From Phycisphaerales bacterium (GTDB lineage: Bacteria > Planctomycetota > Phycisphaerae > Phycisphaerales > UBA1924): DNA of 64,000 bases. Below the pieces are notes generated by a model. That model made no database searches. It was not told the origin of the DNA and was given only the letters and a program-made list of their open reading frames with translations. The translations under genes were made by a program, and so were the position numbers. Positions 39,193 through 47,545 of the stretch are shown piece after piece (position 1 is the stretch's first letter; each line of letters opens with the position of its first letter). The stretch lies in the NCBI GenBank assembly GCA_965227775.1, contig OZ245777.1, positions 3,136,001-3,200,000 on the forward strand. The letters are read 5' to 3'.

Positions 39193-39804
39193 ATGTTCAA
39201 GAGGCGCACTAACACGCCAGAAGCGTTCTGGAAATGGTTCACGAAGACTGATCGGCTCGGGACCGATGGGCGCGCGTTGGTGAATCAAGTCGGGCGCAGG
39301 TTGAAGGACATGCATCCGTCCCTCACCTTGGAAGTGTCCGTAGGCCAGGCTCCTCGCCACTTGATCATCAGCGCCGATGGCATCCGCGAAGCTGCGAATT
39401 TCGTTGACGCCATTGTTGATGCGGCTCCACCCATGCCAGGCTGGAACATCACCCGCTTTTGCCCACGGAGGAACGTTGGCGATAATCACGTGCTCAATTA
39501 CGAAGATGTGGACTACGACCTCAGCACGATGCGTGTGGGCGCAGTAGCAAGTGGACCGCTCGTCGACCTGCATGTGTTCGTCCCATGGCGTGAGGACGTT
39601 GGCAACCGAGCCCCAGATGGCCCCACTTTTATCGCATTAGACACGACGTTGGGCGAATGGATAGTCATGATGTGTATTGGCGAAATTATTGTGCGGCCGC
39701 TCGCGCACGCTCCAAAGCAGACGGTGCCGCTAGACAGGGCTCATGAACTGGTCAATGCGATCTTGGAATCCCAGTCCGGTGGGACTGAATCGCCGGGACA
39801 TTGA
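39193..39804 (+). CDS. Hypothetical protein (FWxWF...LIISADG...AP..W type)
   Basis: ORF fills the gap with a globular composition; lower GC; function not assigned. Confidence 0.6.
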   Translation: MFKRRTNTPEAFWKWFTKTDRLGTDGRALVNQVGRRLKDMHPSLTLEVSVGQAPRHLIISADGIREAANFVDAIVDAAPPMPGWNITRFCPRRNVGDNHVLNYEDVDYDLSTMRVGAVASGPLVDLHVFVPWREDVGNRAPDGPTFIALDTTLGEWIVMMCIGEIIVRPLAHAPKQTVPLDRAHELVNAILESQSGGTESPGH

Positions 39805-40866
39805 TTATTGACGCCAGTCAATCACGATCTTCCCCAACTGCTCCTGCGCCTCCAGCCGCTCGTACGCCGCGCGGCCGTCGCTGGCCTTGAAGACCTGATC
39901 GACCACGGGCCTGAGCGAACCGGCTTTGAACAGGCTCGCGACCTCGCGGAACTCGGCGGGCGTGCCCATGGTCGAGCCGAGGATGCGCAGCTGGTTCCAG
40001 AAGATGCGGGCGAGATCGGTAGTGGCGTCGGGGCCGGTCGTGCAGCCGGGGGAGACGTACGCGCCACCTCGGGCGAGGCTCTTGATGCAGCTCAGGTGGG
40101 TGGCCTTGCCGATGCTGTCGACGGCCATGTCGACGCCGCGCTTGCCGGTCCATGCTCGAATGTCGCGCGACCAGTCTTCGCCTTTGTCCAGCACGCCGTG
40201 GTCGGCGCCCATCTCCAGGGCCTTGTCGATCTTCCACTGGTGGCGGCTGGTGACGACGACGGGGCAGCCAAAGTGCTTGGCGATCTGCATCGCACTCGTC
40301 GCGACGCCGCCACCGATGCCTGTGACGAGCACGCTCTGCCCGGCTCGCAGCCCTCCCTTGGTGACCATCATGCTCCAGGCGGTGAGCGCGGTCAGGCCGA
40401 ACGCGGCGGCTTGCACGGGGTCGATGTCGCACGAATCATCGGGCCCGAGATCAGCCAGGTGCGTGGCCGGTGCATGGAAGAACTGTCGGTGCATGCCGTT
40501 GTGGTGCTCGCCGATGAGCTCGTAGTCGGGCGCGAGCGTGCTGCCGGGCGGGTCGGTAGGTCGCTCGCGTGGCGGCACCTCGACCGCGGCGTTGACGATC
40601 ACGCGCCGTCCAACCCACGACGCGTCGACGCCCTCCCCCACTTCCTCGACCACCGCGCACGCATCGCACCCACTCACGCGCGGCCACGTCAGATCAACGC
40701 CGGGGATGCCCATACCCACCCAGAGGTCCATGTGGTTGAGCGCGCTGCACAGCGTGCGCAGCTTCGCGTGCCCCTGCGGCGTGGGCTCGAGGTCGGGCCA
40801 GTCGGTCTGGTAGTCGATGTTTGGGGCGACGGTCTTAGACTGTTTGGTGCAGACGAGGGCGTTCAT
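39805..40866 (-). CDS. Medium-chain dehydrogenase/reductase (quinone oxidoreductase-like)
   Basis: ALNHMD, SGCD, LTAWSM, TGIGGGVA, GSTMG, GKIVI. Confidence 0.9.
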   Translation of the reverse strand: MNALVCTKQSKTVAPNIDYQTDWPDLEPTPQGHAKLRTLCSALNHMDLWVGMGIPGVDLTWPRVSGCDACAVVEEVGEGVDASWVGRRVIVNAAVEVPPRERPTDPPGSTLAPDYELIGEHHNGMHRQFFHAPATHLADLGPDDSCDIDPVQAAAFGLTALTAWSMMVTKGGLRAGQSVLVTGIGGGVATSAMQIAKHFGCPVVVTSRHQWKIDKALEMGADHGVLDKGEDWSRDIRAWTGKRGVDMAVDSIGKATHLSCIKSLARGGAYVSPGCTTGPDATTDLARIFWNQLRILGSTMGTPAEFREVASLFKAGSLRPVVDQVFKASDGRAAYERLEAQEQLGKIVIDWRQ

Positions 40867-40886
40867 GGGGCAGGGTAGCGCGCACG

Positions 40887-40910
40887 AAAAAGCCGACCCT
40901 TCGGCCGGCT
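40887..40910 (-). terminator. Rho-independent terminator after rplS
   Basis: Minus strand AGCCGGCC-GAAG-GGTCGGCT followed by TTTT. Confidence 0.75.
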
Positions 40911-40935
40911 CTTCGATCTCTTCTCAGCCGTCCGA

Positions 40936-41346
40936 TTACTTGTGGACGGTCTTCAGTCCCTCGACGTGCTTCATGCCACGGCGGCGGTCGCGGAGGCGGC
41001 GCTTCTTGCCGACGCGGTCGCGGAGGAAGTAGAGCTTGGCGCGGCGGGCGTCGGCGCGACGCACGACCTCGAACTTGGCAATGAGCGGGCTATTCAGCGG
41101 CCAGGTACGCTCGATGCCGATGTCATCGACCACGCGGCGAACGGTGATGCTCTCGTTGACGCCGCGGCCCTTGCGACCGATGATGACGCCCGTGTAGACC
41201 TGCGTGCGCTCGCGCTCGCCTTCGACGATGCGGACGTGCACCTGGACGGTGTCGCCGATGTCCATGCGGGGGACGTCGGTCTTCACATGGTCCTGGGCGA
41301 TCGATTCCAGGATGGCCTGTTGGCTCTTGGGGTTGGAAAGCGACAT
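40936..41346 (-). CDS. rplS: 50S ribosomal protein L19
   Basis: GDTVQVHVRIVEGERERTQ, TVRR...GIER, RRAKLYFLR. Confidence 0.96.
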   Translation of the reverse strand: MSLSNPKSQQAILESIAQDHVKTDVPRMDIGDTVQVHVRIVEGERERTQVYTGVIIGRKGRGVNESITVRRVVDDIGIERTWPLNSPLIAKFEVVRRADARRAKLYFLRDRVGKKRRLRDRRRGMKHVEGLKTVHK

Positions 41347-41403
41347 CGAGGGCACTCCAGCGATCAATAGACAGATCCGCCGCGAACGAGGCGGGTCGAG
41401 ATG

Positions 41404-42228
41404 TTAGGCTCCCTGGCTCCCACCTGCAAGGCCCTCGGAGCCCTCTGGTGGGTCCCCCAGCAAGTCGGATAGCAGGTCGGGACGCCGCTCGCGGGTGCGG
41501 GCCAGCCGCTGTTCGAGCCGCCAGCGGGCGACCGCGGCGTGATCCCCGCCCAGCAGCACGTCGGGTACGGCCATGCCCATCCACTCGCGGGGACGGGTGT
41601 AGTGCGGGCAGTCGAGCAGCCGGGCGTCCTTAGGGATGCCCAACTCGGTGGCGAGCTTCGCATCGAGCGGGTCGCCATTAGGGTCCTTGTCGGGCGCTGG
41701 GCCGAAGCTGTCCTGGCCGGCGGATTCCTCGTGGCCGAGCACGCCGGGGAGCTGGCGGATGACGGCGTCCATGAGCACCATGGCCCCAAGCTCGCCGCCG
41801 CTTAGGACGTAGTCGCCCAGGCTGACTTCCTCGGGGCCGAGCTTCTCGATGACGCGCTCATCAAGGCCTTCGTAGTGGCCGCAGATCAGCAGCAGGCGGG
41901 GCATGGTCGCCAGCCGCTCGACGACCGCTTGCGTGAGCGGACGACCCTGTGGCGAGAGCAGGACTCGGTGTGCGGGCCGAGCGTCCAGTGCCTCGGTCGC
42001 CATCACGGCATCCCACACGGGCTGGCAGGTCATGACCATGCCCGGGCCGCCGCCGAAGGGGCGATCATCGGTCCTGTTGTGCTTGTTGCCGGCGTACTCG
42101 CGGATGTCGGTGGCGTGCCAGTCGACAAGGTCAGCCGCCCGCGCGCGTCCCGGGATGCTCACGGCCATGGCCGCCGGCGGCTCGTGGCCGAACATCTCGG
42201 GGAATGTCGTCAGGACGTCGATGCGCAC
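41404..42228 (-). CDS. trmD: tRNA (guanine37-N1)-methyltransferase
   Basis: DDRPFGGGPGM, LSPQG, CGHYEGLDER, GDYVLSGGE, HYTRP. Confidence 0.97.
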   Translation of the reverse strand: MRIDVLTTFPEMFGHEPPAAMAVSIPGRARAADLVDWHATDIREYAGNKHNRTDDRPFGGGPGMVMTCQPVWDAVMATEALDARPAHRVLLSPQGRPLTQAVVERLATMPRLLLICGHYEGLDERVIEKLGPEEVSLGDYVLSGGELGAMVLMDAVIRQLPGVLGHEESAGQDSFGPAPDKDPNGDPLDAKLATELGIPKDARLLDCPHYTRPREWMGMAVPDVLLGGDHAAVARWRLEQRLARTRERRPDLLSDLLGDPPEGSEGLAGGSQGA

Positions 42229-42260
42229 TGGTTAAGCCTATCAAAGAGGTGAAGCCTACG

Positions 42261-42285
42261 AAAAACCCACATCTTGCGATGTGGG
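42261..42285 (-). terminator. Rho-independent terminator between rpsP and trmD
   Basis: CCCACATC/GATGTGGG stem plus TTTTT on the minus strand. Confidence 0.75.
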
Positions 42286-42313
42286 CCCGTTCGGTCGTGT
42301 TCGGTGCGCGAGC

Positions 42314-42973
42314 TTACTCGCTGCTCTCGCCTTCGCCGCCCTCGGCGGCCTCTTCGGCCGGAGCCTCGGCGGCAGCGGCTGCGGCCTCTTCTTCGGCCTT
42401 CTTCTTGGCCTCCGCTTCTTCCGCAGCCTTCTTGGCGGCCTGAGCATTCTCGATCGCGCCCTTGGCGTCGGCCAGCGCCCCCTCAGCTTTGGCCTTAGCG
42501 GCGTCGGCGGCCTTCGGATCGGCGGCAGACACCGCGGCCCGCGCCTCGTTCACGGCCTCGCTGATCGTCGAGGCGTAGCCGGCGAGATCAACGCCCTCGG
42601 CGTCGTCCCCGCTGGAAAGCTCGCCGATCTGCTCCTGGGCCTTCTCGGCGGTCGCCAGGCCCACCTTGCAGCCCACGCGGTTGCGGTCGGCCTCACGCTT
42701 GGCTTCCCACTTCTCCTTGAGCTTGGGGGTCAATAGCTCGTTGCGACCCAGGATGTCCATCATGGTGTCGCTGGGCTGGGCGCCGACGCTCAGCCAGTAC
42801 TTGATGCGCTCGGACTCGAGCTTGAGCTGCTTCTCGGGGTCCTTCTCGACAGGGTTGTACCACCCCAGGTTCTCGAGGACCTTGCCATCGCGCTTGACCC
42901 GCTTCTCGGCGGCGGCGATGCGGTAGAAGGGACGATGGGTGCGCCCGAGGCGCTGCATGCGGATCCGGACCAC
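42314..42973 (-). CDS. rpsP: 30S ribosomal protein S16 with long Ala/Glu/Lys C-terminal extension
   Basis: MVRIRMQRLG...PFYRI...RDG...LGWYNP...YWLSVGAQPS; AAGGAG RBS. Confidence 0.96.
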   Translation of the reverse strand: MVRIRMQRLGRTHRPFYRIAAAEKRVKRDGKVLENLGWYNPVEKDPEKQLKLESERIKYWLSVGAQPSDTMMDILGRNELLTPKLKEKWEAKREADRNRVGCKVGLATAEKAQEQIGELSSGDDAEGVDLAGYASTISEAVNEARAAVSAADPKAADAAKAKAEGALADAKGAIENAQAAKKAAEEAEAKKKAEEEAAAAAAEAPAEEAAEGGEGESSE

Positions 42974-43090
42974 TGGATGCTCCTTGAGGTCGGGTTGTCT
43001 GAACTCGCCTGCTGGTCGGGGGCTGATTCCGGCACGGGCCGGGCCCTCAGGCGGGTCGAGATGGTAGGCGGGCGTACTCGCTCGCGGCCG

Positions 43091-44422
43091 CTAGTCGGCC
43101 CTGGGCACGATCGGAATGTCGATCCCCTGGGCATCAAGCGAGGTGCCTTGGGACCTGCTCTGCCGATCGAACACGCCACCGTCATCCGTTCCGTCGGCGC
43201 CGAGCGCGTATAGCCGGTAGCCCTCGGCGGCGGCCGGCTCGACCGCGTAAGCGAGCGCTTGCCCGGAGAAGGGATCGGTGGGCAGTGCGGGGAGGTACGC
43301 GGGCACGAGTTTGTCGAGCGAGCCTGGCAACGCGCCGGTCGCCGCTCGGTGCCGCTCGATGGCCAGCACCGTGCGCTCTGCCGTGCGCAGCAATCCGAGC
43401 TGCGTGACCGCGGCCAGATAGCGTTCTGTCGACGGCAAGAGCATGTCGGCCAGTAGGCCAGGCCCTTCGGCGTCGGCGGTCCGCTCTCGGAACGCACGCA
43501 GTCCCGCGACCGGACCCTCCGGGTGGCTGCTCCACAGATCCAAGGCCGCCTGGTAGTTCTCCGACATCACCTCGATCTGGTACGCCGGGTTGATCGTCTT
43601 GAGCGGTGGGTTGCCAAGTGGCGACGACAGGTGCCGCGACGTGATGAGCTCGCCCTCGAGCACGACCGAAATCTCGGGCCAGTCGTCCTCGATCGAGCAA
43701 GCGGCCCACACCGCATCGAGGAAGGCCTGATCGTGTCTCCGCTCGCAAAGGGCGTCCAGCAAGGCCTCGATGCCATGCGACCGGAGCGCGATCGCGACGA
43801 GGTGCACCAGGATGCCGCCGCCGCTCGAGGCCGCGAGATCGGCGAGCCGCGCGATGCGCGCGTACGCCTCGATCACGCCTTCGGCGTCGCCCGCGCGGGC
43901 GGCGAGCACGAGGAAGTCCGACTCCATGTGACCCAGTCGCCTGAGGGTGGCGATGCGTGGCGGCCCCATCTGGTCCCTGCCCTCGACCTTGATGACGTTG
44001 GGATCGATGAACACGCCCAGATCGGTCAACTCGTCGGCGAGATGCCGGAGTCCGAGCCGCTCGGCCTCTTGCAGCGAAGCAAGCACGACCGGCTCGGTCT
44101 CGGGCCAGTTGTCCTCGTGTTCCGCCTCGGTGTTCAGCATGCCCAGGTGTGCGTCCGCGTCGTGCAACGCCGGCAAGATCTCGCTGCGCAGGATCTGTTC
44201 GATCTCGACGAGCTTCTCGCTCGCGGCTTCGGCATGCTCGATAGACCTGCCAGAGGCAACTAGCCCATGCTGCGTGTAGTCGGCGAGGTAGTCGCGCTGC
44301 GGCAGCGCTGGTCCGAAGTAGAGGAAGCGGTTCGCGGCGTAGATGACCCCGACGAGCAAGATCGCCACCACGCAGAGGGCCACGATGAGGATGCGTGAGA
44401 CGCCGCCCTTGGAGATGGTCAT
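43091..44422 (-). CDS. Membrane-anchored hypothetical protein with GspG-like C-terminal motif
   Basis: N-terminal TM helix; C-terminal LPGSLDKLVPAYLPALPTDPF...LYALGADGTDDGG. Confidence 0.7.
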   Translation of the reverse strand: MTISKGGVSRILIVALCVVAILLVGVIYAANRFLYFGPALPQRDYLADYTQHGLVASGRSIEHAEAASEKLVEIEQILRSEILPALHDADAHLGMLNTEAEHEDNWPETEPVVLASLQEAERLGLRHLADELTDLGVFIDPNVIKVEGRDQMGPPRIATLRRLGHMESDFLVLAARAGDAEGVIEAYARIARLADLAASSGGGILVHLVAIALRSHGIEALLDALCERRHDQAFLDAVWAACSIEDDWPEISVVLEGELITSRHLSSPLGNPPLKTINPAYQIEVMSENYQAALDLWSSHPEGPVAGLRAFRERTADAEGPGLLADMLLPSTERYLAAVTQLGLLRTAERTVLAIERHRAATGALPGSLDKLVPAYLPALPTDPFSGQALAYAVEPAAAEGYRLYALGADGTDDGGVFDRQSRSQGTSLDAQGIDIPIVPRAD

Positions 44423-44485
44423 GCTTGCAACCCTCCGAACTATGGCCCTTTCGGCACCAAGTCGCGACACACAAACAGCACAGAA

Positions 44486-44524
44486 CGCCCGCGAGCGAGG
44501 GACTCTACTCCTCGCACGCGGGCG
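44486..44524. terminator. GC-rich hairpin downstream of the choice-of-anchor I gene
   Basis: CGCCCGCG.GCGAGG / CCTCGC.CGCGGGCG inverted repeat. Confidence 0.55.
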
Positions 44525-44568
44525 CCATTCTTGTGCTGGCTCGTTGGGACGTGGACGCCCCGAACGGT

Positions 44569-46293
44569 TTACCGGTCGCGGATCGCCTGCAGCACGAGCA
44601 GCACATCGATCAGATCGACGCGGCCGTCATCATTCAGGTCCTCGGGGCAGCCGGCGCAGGGGCCCAGAGCATGCAGAACGGCCAGCAGGTCGTGGATGTC
44701 GACCTGGCAATCGCCCGTGACATCGCCGAAGACGCTGCAGCCGCCAACGACGCGGTAGATCGCCGTCGTGCCCGAAACCTCATGGGCCGCCAGCAGCAGC
44801 GCATCGCCGGTCGGGCTGTCCTCGGCGGGGATGAAGACCAGGCCCTCTGGCGCGAGGTCGCCCGCGGTGCCAGCAGCCGGGTCTCCCGAGAAGTCGCGGC
44901 TGGTCGAGTAGCTCTCGAAGATCGGCTCGCGCGGGTCGGTGACGTCGTACACAAAGATGCCACCGACTCGCTCGGCCCCGATGAATGCGTACGTGTTGTC
45001 GCCGATCGAGCCGAGCGTCAGGGCCTCGGGCTCGGGGCCCTTGTCGTCGCTGCGGTTGTCGAAGCTGTCGTTCTCGTCGTTGGTGCTGTTGAAATCGTCG
45101 GGCAGCAGGCGGGCGGTGATCTGCTCGAGATCGCTGCCCGAGTCAAAGACAAGGTCGCCGTCGGCGGTATAGATGCTGAAGCTGCGGGCACCGTAGCTGA
45201 AGATGCGGTCGAAGTCGCCGTCGCCATCGGTATCGCCGGCCGTCGTCGTGATGTTCAAGCGGCCGAGATTCTCCTCGAGTTGCAGGCGAGCGGCGCTCGG
45301 GAATGCGCGCGGGTCGAGAGTCAGGTCGGCAACGCGGGCTTCTTCGCTGAAGCCGTCGTAGTCGCGTGCGTCTCCCTCGTTGGCGGTCACGATCAGCGTC
45401 TGCCCACCAACCTCGTACGAGGCGATTGAGTCGGGCTGGGGGAAGCCGAAGACCGGCCACGTCGTGATGTTGATCTCCCCGTCGCGGTTGCTGACGTCCA
45501 TCGCGTTGGCGGCGCGGCCGTGGTTCTTGACGCCAAGGCCCCAGATGTCGGTGACGCGTGCGGCGCGGATGTTAATCGTCACGATCGCGTTGTTCTCCTG
45601 GCACACGACGTACGCCCGCCGGCTGTCGGCGTCGACCGTGATGTACTCGGGCTCAAGGTCCTGGGCGATCGTCGCGCCCGGGCCAAAGATGCGGACGCTG
45701 TCGTCGAGGTCGCCGCGGTCGATGCGGTCGAAGTCGGCCGTACGCACGTCGCGCTGGCGAACGGCACGCCAGGGACGGATGCGGATGACGCTCACGCTGC
45801 CCTCGGGATCAACCGTGTACTCGTCGTTGGGCTCGCCCTCGTTGGCCACCAGCAGGTAGCGACCGTTGGGCGTGAAGGTCAGCATGTCGGGCAGGGCGCC
45901 CACTTCGACGGCCGACTCGAAGTTACCGTCGGTATCGAAGAACGCGACCGTGCCGTTGTCTTGCTTGACGTCGGCTTCGACGGCAACGGCGACACGGCCA
46001 TCGCTCACCGCGACCGAGTTCACGCCCGCGCCGTAGGGCGACAGATCGATGGTGAACGCGAGCACGGGATTGCTGGGGTCGCCGATGTCGAGCGCGTCGA
46101 CGGTATTGGCGTTCGCGTTGGTGACGAACGCGAGGCCGCTGTCGGCATCGTACACCACGATCTCTGCAGCGCCCTCGTCGAAGGCCCCGGTCTCGTAGCG
46201 GCCGAGGAACTCGAGTTCGATTGTCTGGGCAAGGGCAGGGGCAGCGGTGGTCGCAACGGCGAGTCCGCAGACGGCAAGCATGCTCTTCAACAT
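44569..46293 (-). CDS. Secreted choice-of-anchor I (alkaline phosphatase-associated beta-propeller) protein with dockerin-like C-terminus
   Basis: AAEIV.YD, GALPDM, ANEGEP, DLEPEYI, ANEGDAR, RSDDKGPEPE; C-terminal GDVTGDCQVD...DLNDDGRVD; AGGAG RBS. Confidence 0.87.
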   Translation of the reverse strand: MLKSMLAVCGLAVATTAAPALAQTIELEFLGRYETGAFDEGAAEIVVYDADSGLAFVTNANANTVDALDIGDPSNPVLAFTIDLSPYGAGVNSVAVSDGRVAVAVEADVKQDNGTVAFFDTDGNFESAVEVGALPDMLTFTPNGRYLLVANEGEPNDEYTVDPEGSVSVIRIRPWRAVRQRDVRTADFDRIDRGDLDDSVRIFGPGATIAQDLEPEYITVDADSRRAYVVCQENNAIVTINIRAARVTDIWGLGVKNHGRAANAMDVSNRDGEINITTWPVFGFPQPDSIASYEVGGQTLIVTANEGDARDYDGFSEEARVADLTLDPRAFPSAARLQLEENLGRLNITTTAGDTDGDGDFDRIFSYGARSFSIYTADGDLVFDSGSDLEQITARLLPDDFNSTNDENDSFDNRSDDKGPEPEALTLGSIGDNTYAFIGAERVGGIFVYDVTDPREPIFESYSTSRDFSGDPAAGTAGDLAPEGLVFIPAEDSPTGDALLLAAHEVSGTTAIYRVVGGCSVFGDVTGDCQVDIHDLLAVLHALGPCAGCPEDLNDDGRVDLIDVLLVLQAIRDR

Positions 46294-46446
46294 ATTGAAG
46301 CTCTCCTCATCGATGCCAACGAACACCGCGCGGCATCCGTTGCCGCGACGGCTTGGCCCGAAGGTAGAGAGCATCCGGAACACCCTCACGCATGCTGCGC
46401 GTTGTACACGAAGTCTTCACAGTTCCTGAACGAACTGGTGTCAGGG

Positions 46447-46760
46447 TCACCCGAGGTCGAAGCCGTTCTGGAAAGCGAGGAAGTCGAGGATCGTGAACTC
46501 GCCGTCGCCGTCGAAGTCTGCGGCGGGGTCGCCGGCTGCGAAGAGGTTCTGGAGGGCGACGAAGTCCATGACGTCCAGCGTGCAGTTGCCGTCGAAGTCG
46601 GCGGCGCAGATTGTGCCGGGGCGCCAGCGAGCGAGGTACGTGCCAGGGCCTGAACTCCTGCAGTATCCACCGCCGGCCAAGAGCACCGGGCCGGTGCTGT
46701 CGTCGTAGACGAACAACTCATCGGCGAGCTCGGTCCCAAGAGGCGTCAAGGGTGTAAGCA
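46447..46760 (-). pseudogene. Remnant of a surface protein: one propeller blade plus GC-type dockerin
   Basis: LFVYDDSTGPVLLAGG...LARW...CAADFDG...DFLAFQNGFDLG-TGA-CCC-TGA; no signal peptide or clear start. Upstream boundary approximate. Confidence 0.55.
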
Positions 46761-46940
46761 CGCCGACGCCCCGCGCGGCGTCGCCCAGGCCAACTACCGC
46801 TTGCGCACGCGGCTGACCAACGGCAAGACGAGCGACTGGACTGCGCCCCACGGCTTGCCGTAGGGCTGCTGGAGACGGTTGCGCCGGGGGCGAGGCAGAA
46901 GGCGGCCTGAGCGCGTGCGAGCAGCGCGCGATGCGCGCCG

Positions 46941-47411
46941 TCAGGAATCGTGGTCCCAGTCTCGCACCCGCCATCCGATGGGGTCGGGGATGGTCGGGCC
47001 TTCCGTTTCGACCACGCGGTACGCCGAGGGGTAGCGGTGCGGCGGGTCGCCCACGCCGATGGTGAACGCGTCTGCGCGCACGGTGAAGAACCACTCGCCC
47101 GCCTGCGAGAGCGGCACGTACGCGAGGTCCCCCGCCGCTACCAGGTCGTCCAGGCTCGCCGGCAGCCGCCCTTCGCGCCGCGCGTACGCCTCGATGGCCG
47201 GCAGGATGGCGTAGTCGATCATCGCCGTGTCGGCCGCGACCGTCTGGTGCTCCCAGCGGCTGAAGACCTGGAAGTCGATGAGGGTCCAGCGGATCACGAT
47301 GAACCCAAGGTATGTGAAACAGACGGTGAAAGCGGTCGTGCCGATCGCCACACCCCACACGAACAGGGAGCGTCGTCGTGGCTGGTTGTTGTGCGAGCGG
47401 AGGATCGACAC
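46941..47411 (-). CDS. Hypothetical single-TM protein
   Basis: TM helix and AIEAY...GRLPASLDDLV (pilin/GspG-like motif). Confidence 0.55.
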   Translation of the reverse strand: MSILRSHNNQPRRRSLFVWGVAIGTTAFTVCFTYLGFIVIRWTLIDFQVFSRWEHQTVAADTAMIDYAILPAIEAYARREGRLPASLDDLVAAGDLAYVPLSQAGEWFFTVRADAFTIGVGDPPHRYPSAYRVVETEGPTIPDPIGWRVRDWDHDS

Positions 47412-47545
47412 CCCACCCGTACGCCATCGACGCCGGGAGGTTCGCGGCTCTGGTCCTTGGCTCGCCCGGGATTAGCCGGGACGACATCTACCGGCCGTCC
47501 ATGGGCGGAAGGTCAAAGCCTGCACCCCGCCGGCGAGGCGAGAAG

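Noticed and set aside
42974..43090. Possible SRP RNA or leader upstream of rpsP
   Set aside because: No recognisable SRP domain IV motif; only a -10-like TACCAT and an RBS.
33940..46610. Similar DNA at 33940-34100 and 46450-46610 as a DGR template/variable repeat pair
   Set aside because: Both encode the common dockerin domain, the differences are not adenine-specific, and there is no reverse transcriptase in the window.
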